This document shows, piece by piece, positions 19,685 to 25,608 of a stretch of DNA of 25,608 nucleotides. Each line of letters opens with the position of its first letter. The first letter of the stretch is position 1. This stretch comes from Candidatus Methylomirabilales bacterium (GTDB lineage: Bacteria > Methylomirabilota > Methylomirabilia > Methylomirabilales > CSP1-5). A program made the translations under genes and the position numbers. The notes below the pieces were generated by a model that was not told the DNA's origin, made no database searches, and saw only the letters and a list, made by a program, of their open reading frames with translations. Location: contig JBHIAH010000035.1 in the NCBI GenBank assembly GCA_046758505.1, positions 1 to 25,608 on the forward strand. Direction: 5' to 3'.

Positions 19685-20623
19685 TCAGTGCAAGCTTTGT
19701 GCCTGTTTCTTAACACCCACCCGCTGGCGCCGGGCTCGCATCCGCCACTCGTAGACGAGCGCCGAGGCGACAAAGACCGAGGAATAGGTCCCCACGATGA
19801 TCCCGAGCATCAAGGCCAGCGAGAAATCGTGGAGCACCTCCCCCCCGAGCAGAAAGATCGCGAGGATCGCAAGCAGGGTGGTCACGGAAGTCATGATGGT
19901 GCGACTGAGGACTTCGTTGATGCTGGCATTGATGATCTCGGCGAGCACCCCCCGACGCCGGGCCCGAAGATTCTCTCGGATCCGGTCGAAGACCACGACC
20001 GTGTCGGTCAACGAATACCCCGCGAGCGTCAGGAGGGCGGTGACGAGCAAGAGGGTGATCTCTTTGCCCAGCACGAAAAAGATCCCCAGCACCACCAGCA
20101 CATCGTGAAACGTCGCGACGGTCGCGGCGATCCCAAACCGGAACTCGAAGCGCCAGGCGATATAGCTCACAATGCCCAGGAGAGAAATCACGATCGCCCA
20201 CAGGGCCGCCTGCTGCAGTTCACGCCCGATCACCGGCCCCACCTCGTTCGAACTTTCCACGATGAAGGGGTTCCCGGACAACGCCTGCCGCAAGGCTTCC
20301 TCGATCTTGGCCGCCGCCCCGGCGACCGGCTCCCCGGACGCTTTTACCCGGATGAAGAGCCGGCGCCCGCCGACGAACTGCTGCAACTCACTCTCGGCGA
20401 AGCCGCCGGCGGAGATAACCCGACGGACCTCGCCGAGCTCCACCGGGTGTTCGAAGCGCACCTGCAGGGACGTGCCGCCGGCGAAATCGATTCCCAGATT
20501 GGCCCGCCCCCGGGCGATCTGGACGGCCGCAAAGAGCCCCACGAGGACCAGTAACGTCGAGATGAGGAAGGCCGTGCGCCGCATGCCCAGAAAATCGATG
20601 CTCGTCTTTCCGACAACCTCCAT
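19685..20623 (-). CDS. secF: Protein translocase subunit SecF
   Basis: LGIDFAGG, VGPVIG, HDV, GYSLTDTVVVFDRIRE, SRTIMTS, GTYSS. Confidence 0.97.
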   Translation of the reverse strand: MEVVGKTSIDFLGMRRTAFLISTLLVLVGLFAAVQIARGRANLGIDFAGGTSLQVRFEHPVELGEVRRVISAGGFAESELQQFVGGRRLFIRVKASGEPVAGAAAKIEEALRQALSGNPFIVESSNEVGPVIGRELQQAALWAIVISLLGIVSYIAWRFEFRFGIAATVATFHDVLVVLGIFFVLGKEITLLLVTALLTLAGYSLTDTVVVFDRIRENLRARRRGVLAEIINASINEVLSRTIMTSVTTLLAILAIFLLGGEVLHDFSLALMLGIIVGTYSSVFVASALVYEWRMRARRQRVGVKKQAQSLH

Positions 20624-20683
20624 ACTCTCCTCACCGTTCCCGCCCCGCGGAACGGGCTTTCCTCTCCGCGCGCGGGCCTCGCT

Positions 20684-22291
20684 TCAGATACTGATCCGCT
20701 TCATCCCCCGAAGGGTCAACCAGTCGAAGACCACCTTGGTCCCCACGGTCGCTGTAAAAAGGTTGATGAGCACGCCCAAGGCCAACGTGACGGCGAAGCC
20801 CCGCACCGGCCCACTCCCAAAGAGAAAGAGGGCCAGGGCCGTGATGAGGGCGGTGATGTGCGAATCGAGGATGGTCACCCAGGCCTTGCTGTACCCGCTG
20901 TCGATGGCGGAGCGCACCGTCTTCCCGAGCCGCAACTCTTCCCGGATCCGCTCGAAGATGAGCACGTTACTATCCACCGCCAAGCCGATGGTGAGGGCGA
21001 TACCGGCGATCCCCGGCAGGGTCAGGGTCGCCTGAATCCCCGCCAATACCCCCAGCATCATGAGCAGGTTGAGGAACAGGGCCACATCGGCGATGACCCC
21101 GGCCAGGCGGTAGTAGAAGGCCATCACCAGGACCACTAAGATCCCCGCCACGATGCTGGCCCGCACGCCGGCCTGGATCGAGTCCTGGCCCAGCGACGGG
21201 CCGACGGTCAAGTTCGCGATGACGTCAACGGGGGCCGGCAGGGCACCCGCCCTCAGGACGATCGCCAGGTCCCGGGCCTCATCCGGGGTGAACCGCCCCT
21301 CGATCTGCGCCTGGCCGCCGGCGATCCGATCCTTAATCACCGGGGCGGAATAGACGTTGCCATCCAGGATGATGGCCAGGTGTCGCCCCACATTCTTCCC
21401 GGTGATCTCCTCAAAGATCCGGGCCCCATCCCGGTCAAACGCGATCGCTACGTATGGTTGATTGCTCATGGAATCGATCCGCACCTCGGCCGAGGTGAGC
21501 ACGTCGCCGGTGAGCAGGGTCTTTTTTTTCAGCAGGAAGGGGATCCGGCGGACCACCTGGCCGTGCGGATCCAGGACCTTCTGATAGAGGACCTCCGACC
21601 CGTCCGGCACCGGCCCGCGCACAGCCTCCTCCACGCTGTGCTGCTCATCGAGCAGCTTGAACTCGAGGAGGGCGGTCTTGCCGATGAGCGCAATCGCCCG
21701 GGCCGGATCCTTGATTCCCGGCAGCTGAACGATGATCCGGCGATCGCCTTCTCGCTGGATGAGCGGTTCCCGCACCCCGAACTCGTCGATCCGGTTCCGG
21801 ATCTTCTGGACGTTTTGCTCTACCGCCCGCTCCTGGATCGCTGTCACCTCGCGACCGCTCAGCGTAAGGAGGAGCCGCGTCCCGGTCTCCTCGGACCGCG
21901 TCATGTCCGGGTAGTTCCCGAGGATCCGCTCCACCTGCCCCAGGGCCTTCTTCCCTTTGACCTCGAGGACGATTTGCCGCGTTCCCCGGCGCTCCACTGT
22001 CCCAACCGCAATCTGCTCCCGCTCCAGGGCCCGACGGATCTCCGCCACCCGCCGCTCCACGGCGTTCTCCGCTGCCTTCTCGGCATCCACCTCCAAGACG
22101 AGATGCATCCCTCCCTGGAGGTCCAGCCCTAAATTGATCGGCTCGGGGGGCGGCGCAAAGATGAGGGGGCGCACGTACCACCACCACCCCGGGAGCGGGG
22201 AGAGCCCCGGGATGGAGGGGAGAACGTACACAAAGGAAAGGAGGGCGGCTGCTCCTACCAGGCCTGCCCTCCACGTAAGATGCCTTTTCAC
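20684..22291 (-). CDS. secD: Protein translocase subunit SecD
   Basis: LGLDLQGG, RIDEFGVREP, LRAGALPA, VGPSLG, TLPGIAG, VDSNVLIFERIREE. Confidence 0.97.
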   Translation of the reverse strand: MKRHLTWRAGLVGAAALLSFVYVLPSIPGLSPLPGWWWYVRPLIFAPPPEPINLGLDLQGGMHLVLEVDAEKAAENAVERRVAEIRRALEREQIAVGTVERRGTRQIVLEVKGKKALGQVERILGNYPDMTRSEETGTRLLLTLSGREVTAIQERAVEQNVQKIRNRIDEFGVREPLIQREGDRRIIVQLPGIKDPARAIALIGKTALLEFKLLDEQHSVEEAVRGPVPDGSEVLYQKVLDPHGQVVRRIPFLLKKKTLLTGDVLTSAEVRIDSMSNQPYVAIAFDRDGARIFEEITGKNVGRHLAIILDGNVYSAPVIKDRIAGGQAQIEGRFTPDEARDLAIVLRAGALPAPVDVIANLTVGPSLGQDSIQAGVRASIVAGILVVLVMAFYYRLAGVIADVALFLNLLMMLGVLAGIQATLTLPGIAGIALTIGLAVDSNVLIFERIREELRLGKTVRSAIDSGYSKAWVTILDSHITALITALALFLFGSGPVRGFAVTLALGVLINLFTATVGTKVVFDWLTLRGMKRISI

Positions 22292-22352
22292 CGGGAATGT
22301 CCTTCGCGGGAAACCGGTCCCGTCGATCCACCGGCCCGGGGAGCCCGACGAT

Positions 22353-22784
22353 CTAGGAAACCGCCGGAACCTTTTCCCGGGAGCCCTGGGATCGCCGCCC
22401 GCCCTGCTCCACCTTGTGGGGCAGCGGCCCGGATCCGGCGATAATCCCCCGCTTCACCTCCACAATCGAGGGGTGGGGGCAGTGAAAGCACCCAGCGATA
22501 TGCTCGACCGCCTGCTCCGGATTGATGGTCTCACCGCAGGTGAAGATATCCACGGCTGCGTATTGATACTCCGGCCAGGTGTGGATCGAGAGGTGGGATT
22601 CGGCGATGACCACGACTCCGCTCACCCCGAAGGGTTTGAACTCGTGGAACGCCACGTCTACAACCGTGGCCTTGCAGGCCTTGGCTGCCGTAACCATGAT
22701 CTCCCGGACGGCGCCAACCTTCTTGAGTAACTCCGGGTCGCACCCGTACAGCTCCACTAAAAGGTGTCTGCCCAGTGCCCTCAA
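22353..22784 (-). CDS. speD: Pyruvoyl-dependent S-adenosylmethionine decarboxylase proenzyme (class 1B, SpeD/SpeH)
   Basis: LGRHLL, FHEFKPFGVSGVVVIAESHLSIHTWPE (E-S cleavage site), DIFTCG; TTG start with an AAGGGGG RBS. Confidence 0.92.
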   Translation of the reverse strand: MRALGRHLLVELYGCDPELLKKVGAVREIMVTAAKACKATVVDVAFHEFKPFGVSGVVVIAESHLSIHTWPEYQYAAVDIFTCGETINPEQAVEHIAGCFHCPHPSIVEVKRGIIAGSGPLPHKVEQGGRRSQGSREKVPAVS

Positions 22785-22853
22785 TTAACTACCCCCTTTC
22801 TTTTGAAAGTTGCAGCGCGATCTCACCTCCCACGATGCACAAACGTCCCTTGG

Positions 22854-22881
22854 CTTATACAGGGTTCTCCCAAAATTGCAA
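22854..22881 (-). promoter_or_regulatory. Possible sigma70 promoter for speD-secDF
   Basis: Minus strand TTGCAA-N16-TATAAG. Confidence 0.35.
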
Positions 22882-23018
22882 GAAAAAAATGCACCATTCA
22901 CTCGCCGCGAGGCACGGGCACATCTGCGATCCCGCCGTGCCAGATCGGGACGGGAGGCTGCCCCACTCCTAAAGCCCGTGGAGGGGCCAGGGAGGCCCCT
23001 CGAGAGGCCTCTCGCCTG

Positions 23019-23034
23019 CGGCACAGTTATTGCA
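23019..23034 (+). promoter_or_regulatory. Sigma54 (-24/-12) promoter for the pilin cluster
   Basis: CGGCAC-AGTTA-TTGCA has exact GG-N10-GC spacing and matches YGGCAC-N5-TTGCW. Confidence 0.75.
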
Positions 23035-23128
23035 CCATTCCTGAAATTGATAATGCCCGATGGCACCTAAGACGCCGAAAATACAGACGGAGACTCCACG
23101 CAACATGCAGAGCGAGCGAGAGACGGCA

Positions 23129-23644
23129 ATGTCCAAAAAGGAGACACCCGAGGACCGACGCAAACGAGCCCGCGAGGGAGGGTTTTCCCTGATCGAGATC
23201 ATCCTCCTCGTGGTCCTGATCGGGATCCTCTCGGCGGTGGCGGTCGTCCGATTTCCCACGATCCCCAAAGCGGGAGGGGTCGCGAGGAAGCTCACCTCGG
23301 ATATTCGGTACGCGAAAGAGATGGCCATCCGGTTGCAGACGATGTGCGGGATCTACTTCATCGACAGCAGCTCGTACCGCGTCTTCCAGGATAACGATAC
23401 CAACAAGGCCACTATCGATCCCGTGACGGGCACGGACATGGTGGTCACGCTCTCCGGGCAGTTTGCGGGGGTCACGCTCAACCAAACGTTTGCGGGGAAC
23501 ACCCTGAAGTTCAACGCCCTCGGCACGCCCCTCGACGGCACCGATACTCCGCTCGCCGCGGCCGGCACCATTACCGTCGCCGGCAACGGGGGAAACCGGA
23601 CCGTGACCGTCGAACCGAACACCGGAAAGGTGACCGGGTCATGA
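23129..23644 (+). CDS. Type IV minor pilin/pseudopilin (MshC/FimT/GspH-like)
   Basis: Class III signal G|FSLIE plus hydrophobic helix; L.SDIRYA..MA, FNALGTP, VEPNTG. Start could also be 23105 or 23060. Confidence 0.88.
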   Translation: MSKKETPEDRRKRAREGGFSLIEIILLVVLIGILSAVAVVRFPTIPKAGGVARKLTSDIRYAKEMAIRLQTMCGIYFIDSSSYRVFQDNDTNKATIDPVTGTDMVVTLSGQFAGVTLNQTFAGNTLKFNALGTPLDGTDTPLAAAGTITVAGNGGNRTVTVEPNTGKVTGS

Positions 23645-24144
23645 GCCTTCCACGACTTCATCGCGATCAGCGAGGCATCACCCTGATCGATCTCATCCTC
23701 GTCATCATCATCATCTCGTTAGCCGTGCCCCCCATGGTGGCCCTCCTCATCCAGGAGACGAGGCAGAGTACCTTTGGGGTCACCGCCACCCGCGCCAATA
23801 GCCTGGGCTCGGCCTTGCTCGAAGAGATGCGGTCAAAGCGATGGGACGAAAATGGCGGCGCGGCGAGCACGACCCTCGGTCCCGAGTCCGGGGAGACGCG
23901 CGCCACCTACGACGACGTGGACGACTTTAACGGGCTCAACGATTCGCCGCCCCAGGACCCGCTGGGGAACAACTTGACCGGTGCTGCCGGCTATCGGCAG
24001 CAGGTCTCCGTCTGTTACGTGGCAACCACCGACCTGGAGACCTGCCTCGGGGCCGGCACGTCGAACAACAAGAGGATCACGGTGACGGTCACCGATCCTG
24101 AAGGAAGAACCAGCCAACTGGTGACGGTGATCTCGGGCTTTTAG
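23641..24144 (+). CDS. Type IV minor pilin (MshD/PilV-like)
   Basis: RG|ITLID, LLEEMRSKRWDE, YDDVDDFNG, KRITVTVT; ATGA overlap with the upstream gene. Confidence 0.88.
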   Translation: MSLPRLHRDQRGITLIDLILVIIIISLAVPPMVALLIQETRQSTFGVTATRANSLGSALLEEMRSKRWDENGGAASTTLGPESGETRATYDDVDDFNGLNDSPPQDPLGNNLTGAAGYRQQVSVCYVATTDLETCLGAGTSNNKRITVTVTDPEGRTSQLVTVISGF

Positions 24145-24153
24145 CGCCCTCGC

Positions 24154-24300
24154 AGAGCGGAGTGAGGAGGGCTGAGGGCGGAGAGGTAAGAGCGATTTCG
24201 GATTTCGAATTGCGGATTTCGAATGTGAGAGAACCGCAGTTTAAATCCGAAATCCGAAATTGCAAATTCAAAATTCATTCGGTCGCCGGTCATCGGTCAG
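24154..24300. repeat. Composite heptamer array: GAG-rich units, GATTTCG/AAATCCG inverted arms, CGGTCAT units
   Basis: GAG-rich 24154-24192; left arm 24194-24224; right arm 24243-24276; CGGTCGC CGGTCAT CGGTCAG at 24280-24300. Confidence 0.85.
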
Positions 24301-24314
24301 CAGCAGGGGAAAGA

Positions 24315-24851
24315 ATGCGCAGGGAACGAGGAACATTCGTGAAGAGGGCCGAGGGATTCTCGCTCATCGAGGTCATCCTGGTGATCCTCCTGGTCGGTAT
24401 CCTGGCGGCAGTCCTCATCCCGCCCTTCCGCCAGAGCGTGCAGAGCTACTCGGCCGTCGAGACCCGGGGCGATCTCAACTCCCAGGCCCGGGAGGCCGTC
24501 ACCCGGATGATTCGAGAGCTGCGGAATATCCAGAAGGAGGCCGACAATACCCCCAACATCACGGCCGCCGATGCCGCCAGCATCACCTTCGTGGATGTTC
24601 TCGACAATACGATCACCTTTTCTCTCGCGGGGAGCGCAGTGCAGCGAGGGAGCGACTCCCTGGTCGACAACGTCTCGAGCTTGCAGTTTCGATATTTCGA
24701 TGGAAGCAACGCCGAGCTGACGACGCTGCCGCTGAGTGCCGCGGACCGTGACAACGTGCGGAGGATCATGTTGGTTCTGACTCTTGCGGAGGGCGACCAG
24801 ACGATCTTGATGACCGAGCAGGCCTTCCTGCGCGAGCTGACGGGATACTAA
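24315..24851 (+). CDS. Type IV minor pilin (MshO/PilW/GspJ-like)
   Basis: G|FSLIE, AVTRMIRELRN, LVDNVSSLQFRYFD. Start is ATG 24315 or GTG 24339. Confidence 0.88.
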   Translation: MRRERGTFVKRAEGFSLIEVILVILLVGILAAVLIPPFRQSVQSYSAVETRGDLNSQAREAVTRMIRELRNIQKEADNTPNITAADAASITFVDVLDNTITFSLAGSAVQRGSDSLVDNVSSLQFRYFDGSNAELTTLPLSAADRDNVRRIMLVLTLAEGDQTILMTEQAFLRELTGY

Positions 24852-24852
24852 G

Positions 24853-25449
24853 ATGACGATGCGGCCTTTGACCAACGAAAAAGGAGTTACCCTGATCGCC
24901 GCGGTGGCGACCCTGCTGATCCTCTCCCTCATGGGGACGGTCGTGGTCTCGTTGGTGGGGACGGAAAGCTACTCCGCCATCCACCAAGGGCAATCGCTCG
25001 ATGCCTACTGGCTGGCCGAGGCCGGGGCCCATCGAGCCCTGACGTATCTGTCGCGGGAGGACGGCAACTGCACGGCGATCACGGGGGCAGCGAACTTTAC
25101 CAATGTCGCCCTGGGCGGAGGGACCTTCACGGTGACGGCCACCCGTTACAACCCGTCCCCCACCTCCCTGACCGCAGATATCACGGCCGCCAGCACCACG
25201 ATTACGGTCGGCGACACCACGGGATTTGCCCCCCGCGGCCGCGTCGCCATCGGGTCGGAGCTGATTGACTATACGGGCACGACCGCCACCACCTTTACCG
25301 GAGCCCGGCGGGGCATGGATGCAACAACGGCGGCCGCACACAGCACGGGGGCGGCCGTCTCCCAGTTCCAGTGTTCGATCACCTCGACCGGCACCCTCTC
25401 CGCGGGTTTCGGGGATGCCAAGCGGGTCGTCGAGGCAATCGTCCAGTGA
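24853..25449 (+). CDS. Type IV minor pilin (MshP/PilX-like) with an inserted beta-rich module
   Basis: KG|VTLIA (no Glu5, as in the PilX/GspK class), AYWLAEAG, ITSTG..AKRVVE. Confidence 0.88.
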   Translation: MTMRPLTNEKGVTLIAAVATLLILSLMGTVVVSLVGTESYSAIHQGQSLDAYWLAEAGAHRALTYLSREDGNCTAITGAANFTNVALGGGTFTVTATRYNPSPTSLTADITAASTTITVGDTTGFAPRGRVAIGSELIDYTGTTATTFTGARRGMDATTAAAHSTGAAVSQFQCSITSTGTLSAGFGDAKRVVEAIVQ

Positions 25450-25600
25450 TCGGCAGCCGCCCCCCGTCTCCGGTCCCCGGTCTCCCGTCAGAAAAATTCG
25501 CAATCCGCAATTGCTCTCGACTTGCCCTGAGCACAGTCGAAGGGCTCTCGACTCTCGACTCTCCGCCCTCGACCCTTATCTCTCACCTCTCAGCACCCTG
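25450..25600. repeat. Composite heptamer array (CGGTCTC, CAATCCG and CTCTCGA types) interrupted by a 24-bp insert
   Basis: CCGTCTC CGGTCCC CGGTCTC; AAATTCG CAATCCG CAATTG; CTCTCGA units on both sides of CTTGCCCTGAGCACAGTCGAAGGG (25521-25544). Confidence 0.82.
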
Positions 25601-25608
25601 ACACTCCC

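Noticed and set aside
24162..24314. N-terminal extension of the MshO-like pilin ORF
   Set aside because: It is a translation of the heptamer array; plausible starts lie at 24315 or 24339, just before the prepilin cleavage site.

Overview
GC-rich bacterial chromosomal window. Gene order and proteins resemble Methylomirabilota/NC10 or deltaproteobacteria-like genomes (inference only). Most of it is a minus-strand housekeeping run: speD-secD-secF-LysM(TsaP-like)-dprA-topA-trmFO-xerC-hslV-hslU-argB-argD-argF-argG-argH-small lipoprotein. It is divergent from a plus-strand, probably sigma54-driven set of four type IV minor pilins (MshC/D/O/P-like). The left 3.1 kb is an accessory patch. It holds an intact Y1/HUH RAYT-type transposase with a C-terminal HTH, bounded by 22-bp inverted repeats; a decapitated second RAYT; a hypothetical membrane-anchored protein; and a 343-bp non-coding element with 27-bp GGGGTCAGAC inverted ends and stuttered termini. 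The most unusual signal is non-coding. Several intergenic gaps, and one in-frame site inside topA, carry degenerate arrays with strict 7-bp periodicity but at least five different unit sequences, often arranged as inverted arms. Three strongly base-paired unexplained segments also occur (11283-11590, 16832-17016, 22890-23040).
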